Assembly: GCA_004213215.1 (NCBI GenBank)
Contig: SHAO01000001.1
Location: forward strand, 687 to 64,686
DNA from: Candidatus Pelagibacterales bacterium
GTDB taxonomy: Bacteria > Pseudomonadota > Alphaproteobacteria > Pelagibacterales > Pelagibacteraceae
Reading direction: 5' to 3'
DNA length: 64,000 nt
The notes beneath the pieces were generated by a model, which did no database searches, was not told the origin of the DNA, and saw nothing but the letters and a program-made list of their open reading frames with translations. The translations under genes were made by a program, and so were the position numbers. This document shows, piece by piece, positions 33,313-42,460 of the stretch; positions within the stretch are counted from its first letter, which is position 1; each line of letters starts with the position of its first letter.

Positions 33313-34491
33313 ATGAAAAAAATACTTATTTTTTCAATACTAACTTATTTATTGTTTACAATAAATAGTACTGCGATTGAACAAAGCGCAAGCGAAAATA
33401 ATTCAGAAAATGAAAAAATCTTAAGAGTGGGCGTCTTGCTCCCTTTGAGTGGAGAGTTTCAAGAAATTGGCGAATCTTTTTTGAAAGCTATTCAGCTTGC
33501 TCTGTATGACATATCAAATAAAGGTGTAAAAATTTATCCAAAAGATACTAAAGGAAATGCATTAAGCGCATACCAGTCAGCAAAAGAGTTTGAAGATGAA
33601 GGTATTGAAATTGTAATAGGACCAATTTTTTATGAAAATTTAGAAAAACTTGGAGAAATAAATAAAATAACTTTTATTTCACTCACAAACCAAACTCAAA
33701 AAATTCCAAAAAACACAATAGCTTTTGGAATTAATATTGAATCACAAGTGGATACACTAAAAAAATATTTTTCTAAAATATCAGTTTCAAAAACTTTACT
33801 TTTATCACCTAAATCAGAATTTATTTATCAGTCAAAATCTGTTGCAGAAAAAGATATTTTAAAATTTTATAGAACTTATTCTTATGATACGAATCCCAAA
33901 AAAATAACAGGCGAAATAGAAAAAATAACTAAATATAGGGAGAGAAAAAAAGATTTAGAAAGAAGAATCAAAATATTAGAAAAGTCAGACTTATACAAAG
34001 ATAAAAATGAACTTAAAAAATTAGAACAAATGCATACTTTAGGTAAAGTAAATTTTGATTCAGTAGTTGTAGTTGATTTTGGTGAAAGATTAAAAAGTGT
34101 TTTGTCTTCCTTTATGTTTTCTGATGTTTCAAGTAAAGAAGTAAATTTTTTTACCATAAACCAATGGTTTGATGTAAGTCTTTTTAACGAAAGTTCAATG
34201 CAAAATTTACATTTTCCGTCAATTGATTTTAAAAATTTAAAAAAATTTAAGAAAAAATTTTTAAAAAAATTTAATCAAGAGCCTAATGAAGTTTCTATAT
34301 TGGCATATGATGCTCTAGGACTAATTTATTATTGTTGGTCAAGTAATAATTATCAGTTTAAGAAAGAACAATTATATAATAAAGAGGGATTCAAAGGTCT
34401 TCAAGGAGAATTTTTTATAGAAAATAATTTAAGCAAACAACAATTAAAAATATATCAAGTTAAAAAAAATAAATTTATTAAAGTTTATTAA
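33313..34491 (+). CDS. Periplasmic-binding-fold protein, LpoA-like penicillin-binding protein activator
   Basis: Signal peptide, then RVGVLLPLSGEF... typical of type I PBP/LpoA C-terminal domains. It is divergent from rsmI, as lpoA is in E. coli. Confidence 0.5.
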   Translation: MKKILIFSILTYLLFTINSTAIEQSASENNSENEKILRVGVLLPLSGEFQEIGESFLKAIQLALYDISNKGVKIYPKDTKGNALSAYQSAKEFEDEGIEIVIGPIFYENLEKLGEINKITFISLTNQTQKIPKNTIAFGINIESQVDTLKKYFSKISVSKTLLLSPKSEFIYQSKSVAEKDILKFYRTYSYDTNPKKITGEIEKITKYRERKKDLERRIKILEKSDLYKDKNELKKLEQMHTLGKVNFDSVVVVDFGERLKSVLSSFMFSDVSSKEVNFFTINQWFDVSLFNESSMQNLHFPSIDFKNLKKFKKKFLKKFNQEPNEVSILAYDALGLIYYCWSSNNYQFKKEQLYNKEGFKGLQGEFFIENNLSKQQLKIYQVKKNKFIKVY

Positions 34492-35084
34492 AGAAAATAT
34501 TTCTTAATTTTAAAAAACGCTTTAGATCTATGATCTATTGACATCTTAAGTTTAGGTTTCATTTCACCAAAAGTTTCTTTATACCCCTCCGGAATAAAAA
34601 TTGGATCATATCCAAAACCATTTTTTCCTTTTTTTTTATTTGAAATTTTTCCTTTTATAATTCCTTGTCCAGCATAACTTTTTCCATTAGGCCAAAAAAG
34701 TACCATGCAACAAATAAACTTTGCTGCGTTATTTTTTTTCCAATCTTTTTTTAAATTTTTCATTTTTTTATAAATTTTTTTTATTGCTAGATTAAAATTA
34801 TTTTTTTCTCCACTCCACCTAGATGAATAAATTCCTGGCTCGCCTTTCAAAAGATCTATCGCAATTCCTGAGTCATCAGACAAGCAGATTAAATTTGTTT
34901 TTTTGGAAAAGTATGCTGCTTTAATAAAAGCATTTTTTTTAAAGCTTTTTCCTGTTTCTTCTGGTGATGAAATACCAAATTGTTTTGGAGAATATTTTTT
35001 TATATTACTTGGTAACAAATCACATATTTCCCTATATTTTCCCTCATTATTTGTTCCAATTATAATTTTTTTAATTTTCTTCAT
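34488..35084 (-). CDS. rdgB: dITP/XTP pyrophosphatase RdgB
   Basis: TNNEGKYREI and GFGYDPIF motifs. Confidence 0.88.
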   Translation of the reverse strand: MKKIKKIIIGTNNEGKYREICDLLPSNIKKYSPKQFGISSPEETGKSFKKNAFIKAAYFSKKTNLICLSDDSGIAIDLLKGEPGIYSSRWSGEKNNFNLAIKKIYKKMKNLKKDWKKNNAAKFICCMVLFWPNGKSYAGQGIIKGKISNKKKGKNGFGYDPIFIPEGYKETFGEMKPKLKMSIDHRSKAFFKIKKYFL

Positions 35085-35121
35085 TTTATACTAGTAATTT
35101 TTTTTTAAGTGACCATATATC

Positions 35122-35736
35122 ATGCAAATGACAAAAACAGAAAAAAAAGAACAAGATAAAACATTATCAGAAGTTGAAACTGAAAATAAAGAACAAAAGG
35201 AAACTTCTCCAGAGAAAGAGGAATCTCCTGAAGAAAAACTTAAAACTCTTCAAGAAAAATTATTAAGAACAATGGCTGAAATGGAAAACCAAAGAAGAAG
35301 ATTTGAAAAGGAAAAAAAAGATGCTTTTGAATTTGGCGGTTTTAACTTTGCGGCAGAATCTTTATCCCTTTTAGATAATCTAGAGCGTGCTGTTGTTTCA
35401 TTTAAAAACGACGAAAGCTTAAAAAATAATAAAGATCTAAATAAATTTATTGGTGGAATTGAAATTGTAAAAAAAGATTTGGTATCTATTTTTAAAAAAA
35501 ATGGAATTGTACCAATAGAATGTGTGAATAAAAAATTTGACCCTAATTTCCATCAAGCAATGTTAGAGCTAGAAGATAACACTAAGGATACAGGGACAGT
35601 TGTACAAGAAATACAAAAAGGCTACATGATGAAAGATCGTCTTCTTAGACCATCAATGGTAGGAATTACGAAAAAAATAGAGGAAAAAACGATAAAAGAT
35701 GAAAAAAAAACTAATAAAAAAGATGAAAAAAAATGA
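35122..35736 (+). CDS. grpE: Nucleotide exchange factor GrpE
   Basis: Acidic N-terminus, coiled coil (LRTMAEMENQRRR) and a C-terminal beta domain. It lies upstream of dnaK. Confidence 0.9.
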   Translation: MQMTKTEKKEQDKTLSEVETENKEQKETSPEKEESPEEKLKTLQEKLLRTMAEMENQRRRFEKEKKDAFEFGGFNFAAESLSLLDNLERAVVSFKNDESLKNNKDLNKFIGGIEIVKKDLVSIFKKNGIVPIECVNKKFDPNFHQAMLELEDNTKDTGTVVQEIQKGYMMKDRLLRPSMVGITKKIEEKTIKDEKKTNKKDEKK

Positions 35737-35745
35737 CTTTTTTAA

Positions 35746-35773
35746 CTTGTAGTAAGCAAAAAAACACCCATAT
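35746..35773 (+). promoter_or_regulatory. Sigma-32 (RpoH)-type heat-shock promoter upstream of dnaK
   Basis: CTTGTAG-N13-ACCCATAT, compared with the E. coli-type consensus CTTGAAA-N13/14-CCCCATNT. It lies 24 nt upstream of the dnaK ATG, with an AAAGGAA Shine-Dalgarno sequence in between. Confidence 0.55.
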
Positions 35774-35796
35774 AAAAATAAAAGGAATACCATTTT

Positions 35797-37740
35797 ATGA
35801 GTAGAGTTATAGGAATAGATTTAGGAACAACAAATTCATGTGTAGCCGTAATGGAGGGTACACAGGCCAAGGTATTAGAAAATTCTGAAGGATCTAGAAC
35901 GACTCCATCTGTTGTTGCTTTTGGGGAAAATAATGAAAAACTAGTTGGTCAATCAGCAAAAAGGCAGGCTGTAACTAATCCAGAAAATACTTTATTTGCA
36001 GTAAAAAGGTTGGTTGGACGAAACTTTGACGATGAGTCTGTTAAAAAAGATGTTGCGAAAGCACCTTATAAAATTATTAAAGCTGACAACAATGATGCAT
36101 GGTTAGAAGCAAGGGGAAAAAAATATTCTCCATCTCAAATATCAGCTTTCATTTTACAAAAAATGAAAGAAACAGCAGAGAAATATTTAGGACAAGAAGT
36201 TAAGCAAGCAGTTATTACTGTACCAGCTTATTTTAATGATTCGCAAAGACAGGCAACAAAAGATGCAGGCAAAATTGCCGGCTTAGAAGTTTTAAGAATT
36301 ATTAATGAACCTACTGCAGCTTCTTTGGCTTATGGTTTAGATAAAAAAGGTGGAAAAAAAATAGCCGTATATGATTTAGGTGGAGGTACATTTGACGTAT
36401 CAATTCTTGAAATTGGTGATGGCGTTTTTGAAGTTAAATCTACAAATGGAGATACATTTTTAGGTGGAGAAGATTTTGATGATACAATTGTAAATTATTT
36501 AGCTGATGAATTTAAAAAAGATAATGGTATAGATCTAAAAACCGATAAATTAGCGCTTCAGAGACTTAAGGAATCTGCTGAAAAAGCAAAAATTGAACTT
36601 TCTTCTACTACACAAACTGAAATTAATTTACCGTTTATTACTGCAGATAAAACTGGTCCAAAACATATCAATATAAAGTTAACAAGAGCAAAATTAGAGG
36701 CGCTAGTAGAAGATCTTGTCAAAAGAACGCTTAAGCCTTGTGAAATTGCTCTGAAAGATTCAGGATTTAGTGCTGCTGAAATAAACGAAGTAGTTTTGGT
36801 TGGTGGAATGACAAGAATGCCAAAAATAATTGAGACTGTTAAAACTTTCTTTGGTAAAGACCCAAATAAAAGCGTAAACCCAGATGAAGTGGTTGCAATG
36901 GGAGCTGCCATTCAAGGTGGTGTTCTCCAAGGAGATGTAAAAGATGTTCTTCTTTTGGATGTAACTCCATTATCTTTAGGTATAGAAACACTGGGTGGCG
37001 TTTCTACAAAACTTATAGAAAAAAATACAACAATTCCTACTAAAAAAAGCCAAGTTTTTTCAACTGCTGAGGACAATCAGCCCGCAGTTTCAATTAGAGT
37101 TTTACAAGGTGAAAGGGAGATGGCTAGTGATAATAAACTACTAGGAAATTTTGAATTAGTTGGAATACCAAATGCTCCAAGAGGAATTCCACAAATTGAA
37201 GTAACATTTGATATTGATGCAAATGGAATAGTAAATGTATCTGCAAAAGATAAAGGGACGGGAAAAGAACAAAAAATTCAAATTCAAGCTTCTGGCGGTT
37301 TGAGTGACGACGACATTAAGAATATGGTAAAAGATGCAGAAGCAAATAAAGAAGCTGATAAAAAGAAAAGAGAAACAGTTGATGCCAGAAATCAAGCTGA
37401 CACAATTATTCATACAACAGAAAAAAATTTAAAAGAACATGGGAGTAAAATTTCTGATCCAGATAAAAAAGCTATAGAAACTGGAATATCTGATTTAAGA
37501 AGTGCCTTAAAGGGAACTGATACAGAAGAAATAAAGAAAAAAACTCAAGCTTTAATCCAATCTTCAATGAAACTTGGAGAAGCTGTATACAAAAGTCAGC
37601 AAAAAGATTCAGGAAAAAAAGATGCACAACAAAATCAAAGTTCAAAAAATAGTGAACAAAATAAAGAAAATGTAGTTGATGCTGATTTTGAAGAAGTAAA
37701 AGAAGATAAAAAAGACAAAGACAAAGAAAAAAGAGCCTAA
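35797..37740 (+). CDS. dnaK: Chaperone DnaK (Hsp70)
   Basis: [24 protein letters not shown] and [10 protein letters not shown] motifs. Confidence 0.97.
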   Translation: MSRVIGIDLGTTNSCVAVMEGTQAKVLENSEGSRTTPSVVAFGENNEKLVGQSAKRQAVTNPENTLFAVKRLVGRNFDDESVKKDVAKAPYKIIKADNNDAWLEARGKKYSPSQISAFILQKMKETAEKYLGQEVKQAVITVPAYFNDSQRQATKDAGKIAGLEVLRIINEPTAASLAYGLDKKGGKKIAVYDLGGGTFDVSILEIGDGVFEVKSTNGDTFLGGEDFDDTIVNYLADEFKKDNGIDLKTDKLALQRLKESAEKAKIELSSTTQTEINLPFITADKTGPKHINIKLTRAKLEALVEDLVKRTLKPCEIALKDSGFSAAEINEVVLVGGMTRMPKIIETVKTFFGKDPNKSVNPDEVVAMGAAIQGGVLQGDVKDVLLLDVTPLSLGIETLGGVSTKLIEKNTTIPTKKSQVFSTAEDNQPAVSIRVLQGEREMASDNKLLGNFELVGIPNAPRGIPQIEVTFDIDANGIVNVSAKDKGTGKEQKIQIQASGGLSDDDIKNMVKDAEANKEADKKKRETVDARNQADTIIHTTEKNLKEHGSKISDPDKKAIETGISDLRSALKGTDTEEIKKKTQALIQSSMKLGEAVYKSQQKDSGKKDAQQNQSSKNSEQNKENVVDADFEEVKEDKKDKDKEKRA

Positions 37741-37768
37741 GGCTTAGACGCAAAAATGCCGGTAAAAT

Positions 37769-38917
37769 ATGTCAAAAAGAGATTACTATGATGTCTTGGG
37801 TGTTAGTAAATCAAATTCAGCTGATGAAATTAAAAAAGCTTACAGAAAATTAGCTTTAAAATATCATCCCGACAGAAACAAAGGTGACAAAGCTTCTGAA
37901 GCTAAATTCAAAGAAGCAAGTGAAGCCTATCATGTTCTTTCTGACAAAGGACGAAAAGCTAATTATGATCAATTTGGCCACGCAGCTTTTGAAGGCGCAA
38001 GTGGAAGAGGTGGTGGTTTTTCAAATTTTGACTTTTCAAATATTTTTTCAGATATTTTTGGCGGGGGCGGAGATCCTTTTGATGATTTGTTTGAAGGTTT
38101 TGGAGGATCGCGAGGAAGAAGAAAAAGATCTTCTGACTTCAGGGGTTCAGACTTAAGATATGATTTATCTATCTCACTTGAAGATGCTTACAATGGTAAA
38201 AAACAAGAAATTAATTTCTCATCTTCTGATAAATGCGAAACATGCAATGGGTCAGGAGCAGAACCAGGATCAAAACCAATTTCCTGCTCAACATGCGGGG
38301 GGCAGGGCCAAGTAAGATCAAGTCAAGGTTTTTTTACAATTCAACAAACCTGCCCTGAGTGCACTGGATCAGGTGAACAAATTTCTGACCCCTGTAAAGG
38401 GTGCCGTGGAATAGGAAAAAAGCAAACCAAAAAAAAAATATTTACAAACATTCCAAAGGGTGTTGATGACGGTACAAGAATTAGATTATCAGGCAAAGGA
38501 GAAGCGGGTATAAAAGGTGGAGGAAATGGAGATTTGTATATTTTTGTATCAATTAAGCAACATAGTATTTTTAAAAGATCAGAGGAAAATCTTTTTTTTG
38601 AGTTTCCGATTTCGTTAGCAGATGCTGCCCTTGGAGCAACTGTTGAAGTTCCAACTATTGACGGAGGAAAAGCAAAAGTAAAGATTCCTGCAGGAACACA
38701 AAATGGTAAACAATTTAGATTAAAAGAAAAAGGTATGCCGATGATGAGAAATAGAAATTATGGAGATTTATATATCCAAGCAATAACTGAGGTTCCTATA
38801 TCTTTAACAAAAGAGCAAAAGAAATTACTTGAACAATTCAAGAAATTAGAAGATACAAAAACAAATCCGATTATTAAGGAATTTTTTGAAAAAGCAAAAA
38901 AATTTTGGAGAACTTAA
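37769..38917 (+). CDS. dnaJ: Co-chaperone DnaJ
   Basis: J domain with HPD, a G/F region and four CxxCxGxG zinc-finger repeats. Confidence 0.95.
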   Translation: MSKRDYYDVLGVSKSNSADEIKKAYRKLALKYHPDRNKGDKASEAKFKEASEAYHVLSDKGRKANYDQFGHAAFEGASGRGGGFSNFDFSNIFSDIFGGGGDPFDDLFEGFGGSRGRRKRSSDFRGSDLRYDLSISLEDAYNGKKQEINFSSSDKCETCNGSGAEPGSKPISCSTCGGQGQVRSSQGFFTIQQTCPECTGSGEQISDPCKGCRGIGKKQTKKKIFTNIPKGVDDGTRIRLSGKGEAGIKGGGNGDLYIFVSIKQHSIFKRSEENLFFEFPISLADAALGATVEVPTIDGGKAKVKIPAGTQNGKQFRLKEKGMPMMRNRNYGDLYIQAITEVPISLTKEQKKLLEQFKKLEDTKTNPIIKEFFEKAKKFWRT

Positions 38918-39694
38918 ATGAAAAAAACTAATTTAGTAATCACAGGGTGCCTGGGAAGGATGGGAAAACAACTTATTAAATCAGCCAAAAGTGAGAAAAA
39001 TTTTAAAATTGTTTCTATTACAGAAAATAAATTAATAAAAAAAAAAATATCTGGTTTAAAACCGCAGCTAAACTCTGAGTCTGCATTTAAAAATGCAAAT
39101 GTTATTATAGACTTCACAGTTCCAAAATGTACATTGGAAGTACTAAAGATTGCATCTAAACTTAAAAAAAGTGTAGTCATTGGTACAACTGGTTTTTCTA
39201 AAAAAGAGGACAGTTTGATAAAAAAATATTCTAGAAAAATACCTATACTTAAAGCTGGCAATATGAGCTTAGGAATAAATTTGTTGATGTATATAACTGA
39301 AATAGCATCTAAATCTCTTGGTAATAATTTTTTAAGCAAAGTTTTTGAAATTCACCATAAACATAAAAAAGATCATCCATCTGGAACAGCTTTAATGCTT
39401 GGAAAAGGTATAGCAATCGGAAAAAATAAAGACTTTTATAAACTCATGGGTAAAAAATATTTAAACAAAAAATCTTTTCCCTATAGTAAAAAAATTAATT
39501 TTAATTCAATTAGAAAAGGCGAGACAGTTGGCGAGCATCAAGTGACTTTCTCAAGTGGTAAAGAAATAATCACCTTAAATCATGAGGCGTTCGATAGGGC
39601 CTTGTATTCAGAAGGAGCATTAACAGCTGCAAAATGGTTAATGAAAAAAAAGCCCGGTTTATATTCAATGAGAAATGTTTTAAATTTTAAATAA
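38918..39694 (+). CDS. dapB: 4-hydroxy-tetrahydrodipicolinate reductase
   Basis: GCLGRMGKQL and EIHHKHKKDHPSGTA motifs. Confidence 0.88.
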   Translation: MKKTNLVITGCLGRMGKQLIKSAKSEKNFKIVSITENKLIKKKISGLKPQLNSESAFKNANVIIDFTVPKCTLEVLKIASKLKKSVVIGTTGFSKKEDSLIKKYSRKIPILKAGNMSLGINLLMYITEIASKSLGNNFLSKVFEIHHKHKKDHPSGTALMLGKGIAIGKNKDFYKLMGKKYLNKKSFPYSKKINFNSIRKGETVGEHQVTFSSGKEIITLNHEAFDRALYSEGALTAAKWLMKKKPGLYSMRNVLNFK

Positions 39695-39715
39695 ATTAGT
39701 CCTAAAATAAAATTA

Positions 39716-40186
39716 ATGAAAAATTTTAGAAGAAAGTTTTTGAAATTATTTAGTTTATCATTTTTATCAATAATTATTTTACCTTATAATTTATTAAATG
39801 CAGTCACAAAAAAAATTATAAACCCAAATCTTACTGAAGAACAAAAAAAAATTATGTTTAATGAGTCTACTGAACGACCGTTTACTAGTTCCTTAAATTA
39901 TGAAAAAAGAAAAGGTTTTTTTCATTGCGCAAATTGTGGTGCAAAACTTTTTTCTTCAAGCGCCAAATTTGATAGTGGAACTGGTTGGCCCTCATTTACC
40001 GAGTCATTGCCTGGCGCATTTAAAACAAGAATTGATACATCATTTGGAATGAAAAGAATTGAATATCACTGCGCAAAATGTGGTGTACACCATGGACATG
40101 TTTTTGATGATGGCCCAACATCAACTCAAAAAAGATTTTGTAATAATGGATTATGTTTAATTTTTAAACCTGAAAATAATGAATGA
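39716..40186 (+). CDS. msrB: Peptide-methionine (R)-S-oxide reductase MsrB with twin-arginine signal peptide
   Basis: N-terminus NFRRKFLKLFSLSFLSIIILPYNLLNA, which contains the RRxFLK Tat motif. Two CxxC zinc pairs, GTGWPSF, HHGHVFDDGP and the catalytic RFCNNG. Confidence 0.85.
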   Translation: MKNFRRKFLKLFSLSFLSIIILPYNLLNAVTKKIINPNLTEEQKKIMFNESTERPFTSSLNYEKRKGFFHCANCGAKLFSSSAKFDSGTGWPSFTESLPGAFKTRIDTSFGMKRIEYHCAKCGVHHGHVFDDGPTSTQKRFCNNGLCLIFKPENNE

Positions 40187-40832
40187 AAATCAAAGAGCTA
40201 AATTAATATTAAAAATACTAAATAAAATTTATCCCAAAACCCCTATTCCTCTTAAACATAACAGTAAATTTACTTTGTTAATTTCTGTTCTATTATCTGC
40301 GCAGTGTACTGATTTAAATGTAAATAAAGTTACTAAAAATATATATCCAAAATATAATAAGCCTGAACATTTTTTAAAACTAGGAAGAAAAAAAATTGAA
40401 AAATTAATAAAAAGTATAGGACTTTTTAGGGTTAAAGCTAAAAGTGTATTTTTTTTATCTAAACAATTAATAGAAAAACATAATGGAAAAGTTCCAAAAA
40501 CTTTCGAGGAATTAGAGGCACTTCCAGGCGTAGGCCACAAAACTGCAAGTGTAGTAATGTCTCAAGGCTTTGGATACCCTGCTTTCCCTGTTGATACTCA
40601 TATTCACCGACTTGCTCAAAGATGGGGCTTAACAAATGGAAAAAATGTGAACCAAACTGAAAAGGATTTAAAAAGACTATTTCCTAAAAAATTTTGGAAT
40701 AAACTTCATCTTCAAATAATTTATTATGGAAGACAATATTGTAAAGCAAGAGAGTGTTATGGTTTAACTTGTAAAATTTGCACTACTTGTTATCCTAATA
40801 GGAAATCAGCAATTAAAATAAGGAAAGCCTAA
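40179..40832 (+). CDS. nth: Endonuclease III
   Basis: HhH-GPD region LPGVGHKTASVV and a C-terminal Cys cluster. Confidence 0.88.
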   Translation: MNENQRAKLILKILNKIYPKTPIPLKHNSKFTLLISVLLSAQCTDLNVNKVTKNIYPKYNKPEHFLKLGRKKIEKLIKSIGLFRVKAKSVFFLSKQLIEKHNGKVPKTFEELEALPGVGHKTASVVMSQGFGYPAFPVDTHIHRLAQRWGLTNGKNVNQTEKDLKRLFPKKFWNKLHLQIIYYGRQYCKARECYGLTCKICTTCYPNRKSAIKIRKA

Positions 40833-40834
40833 TT

Positions 40835-41764
40835 ATGAAAATTTTAGGAATAGGGAATGCAATTGTAGATGTTATCTGTAAAGTTGATGACAATTTTATT
40901 ACTCAAAATGATTTGACCAAAAGTACAATGAAATTGATTTTTGACGAAAGCGAATTTAAAAAATTATTATCTAATCTTAAAATTGAAAAAACTATTTCAG
41001 GGGGGTCGGTAGCTAACTCAATCGTGGGTATATCTCAACTAGGTAATAAAGTAGGGTTTATTGGTAAGGTTTGTGATGATGATCTTGGAAGCAAATATGA
41101 AGTAGGACTTAAAAAAGAAAATGTTGAATATTTTTACTCAAAAAAAAAAGAAAAATTACCAACAGGTACTTGTTTAATTTTAATAACACCAGATTCGGAA
41201 AGAACCATGTGTACATTTCTTGGTACAGCAGGAAAAATTAGTGAAGATGACGTTGATATTAATGCAATTAAAAATAGTGAAATTATATTTTTAGAAGGTT
41301 ATTTGTGGGACGAAGGTGATCCAAAAAAAGCATTTGATAAAGCAATTAATAATGCAAATAAAGTTGCAATGTCATTATCTGATCAGTTTTGTGTTGATAG
41401 GCATAAACCTCATTTCTTAGATTTAGTAAAAAATAAAATAGATATTACGTTTGGTAATGAACAAGAAATTACATCATTAATTAACGCCAAAAATTTTGAC
41501 GAGGTCATAAACTTTTCTAAACAACTTGGAAAATTAATAGTTCTTACAAGAGGAGAAAAAGGGGCAATTGCTATAAAAAAAGATGAAGTTGTTGAGTGCG
41601 GTATCCAGAAAAATCTTAAAATTGTTGACTTGACCGGCGCTGGAGATCTATTTGCTGCAGGATTTTTACACGGACATGTAAATAATTTCTCAATTAAAGA
41701 GAGTTTGCAAAAAGGCACGGAAATGTCTTCTAAAGTTATTCAACAAATAGGCGCAAGACTTTAG
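40835..41764 (+). CDS. PfkB-family carbohydrate/nucleoside kinase (adenosine-kinase-like)
   Basis: GGSVANS N-terminal motif and DLTGAGDLFAAGFL C-terminal motif. Confidence 0.8.
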   Translation: MKILGIGNAIVDVICKVDDNFITQNDLTKSTMKLIFDESEFKKLLSNLKIEKTISGGSVANSIVGISQLGNKVGFIGKVCDDDLGSKYEVGLKKENVEYFYSKKKEKLPTGTCLILITPDSERTMCTFLGTAGKISEDDVDINAIKNSEIIFLEGYLWDEGDPKKAFDKAINNANKVAMSLSDQFCVDRHKPHFLDLVKNKIDITFGNEQEITSLINAKNFDEVINFSKQLGKLIVLTRGEKGAIAIKKDEVVECGIQKNLKIVDLTGAGDLFAAGFLHGHVNNFSIKESLQKGTEMSSKVIQQIGARL

Positions 41765-41765
41765 A

Positions 41766-41879
41766 TTATTTTTTTTTCCTTATAAAACTTCCTTTTCCTT
41801 TTTTTGGTTTAAAAATACGTTTTTTATATTTTGGAGAGAATAAATCTCTGGCAATAAAATTTCGTGATTTTTTTTTCAA
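41766..41879 (-). CDS. Candidate 37-codon micro-ORF with ArfA-like KKGKGSFxRK motif (unannotated)
   Basis: Manual translation gives (TTG)KKKSRNFIARDLFSPKYKKRIFKPKKGKGSFIRKKK-TAA. The TTG overlaps the TGA of the upstream regulator gene (TTGA). An AAGGG lies 8 nt upstream. It fills the only gap over 100 nt between convergent genes. The coding call is tentative. Confidence 0.4.
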   Translation of the reverse strand: MKKKSRNFIARDLFSPKYKKRIFKPKKGKGSFIRKKK

Positions 41880-42448
41880 ATATAGTACCCTTCATTATTA
41901 TTTTTAATAAAATTATCATCTCCAAATTTTTCTAAAATTTTTTTTCTTAATCTATGAATGTGAGTTTCTACAGTGTGTGTTTGGGTTTCTGGGGAATAAT
42001 TCCATACTTTTCTTAAAACCAAATTTCTACTTATTGGTTTACTACTTTTATTAAATAAAATAAGAAAATTAATTTCTTTTTCTGATAATTTAAGTTGTAC
42101 TCCGTTTTTTTTAATTTTACGTTCATTTTTATCAATTACATAACTAGAAAGATTAATTAAAGAATTACTTTTAAACTCACTTTTCGCTATTGATAATATA
42201 ATTTTTTTTTCAAAATCTAGTATTTTAAAAGGCATTTTTATTTTCTCTAAAATATTACCTTGGTTTATAATCTTTAGGCTTAGCGAATTTTCAAAAGAAA
42301 GTGCTATATATTTTTCTGAATTAGAAACTGTATTAAATAAATCACTGTTTTCATAAAATTTTATTTTATATTTAGAAAATAACTTTATTTCATTTATAAT
42401 TTCATAAAAGATTTTATTTCCAATTATTGATATGGTAAATTCGTTCAT
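41876..42448 (-). CDS. OmpR/PhoB-type winged-helix regulator with short, degenerate receiver-like N-terminus
   Basis: C-terminal wHTH (LSEKEINFLILF...RNLVLRKVWNY...THTVETHIHRLRKKI). The N-terminal ~95 aa lack the acidic pair and phospho-acceptor Asp of receivers. I set the start at M20 (MNEFTISIIG...) of the track ORF. Confidence 0.7.
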   Translation of the reverse strand: MNEFTISIIGNKIFYEIINEIKLFSKYKIKFYENSDLFNTVSNSEKYIALSFENSLSLKIINQGNILEKIKMPFKILDFEKKIILSIAKSEFKSNSLINLSSYVIDKNERKIKKNGVQLKLSEKEINFLILFNKSSKPISRNLVLRKVWNYSPETQTHTVETHIHRLRKKILEKFGDDNFIKNNNEGYYI

Positions 42449-42460
42449 TATAAGTGTTAT

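Noticed and set aside
41780-41878. In-frame read-through of the regulator's TGA stop, which would add KKNHEILLPEIYSLQNIKNVFLNQKKEKEVL.
   Set aside because: The extension has no recognisable feature. TGA clearly acts as a stop elsewhere in the window, for example at the rsmI and ubiB-region gene ends. The +2 frame (the ArfA-like ORF) is the more interesting reading of this spacer.
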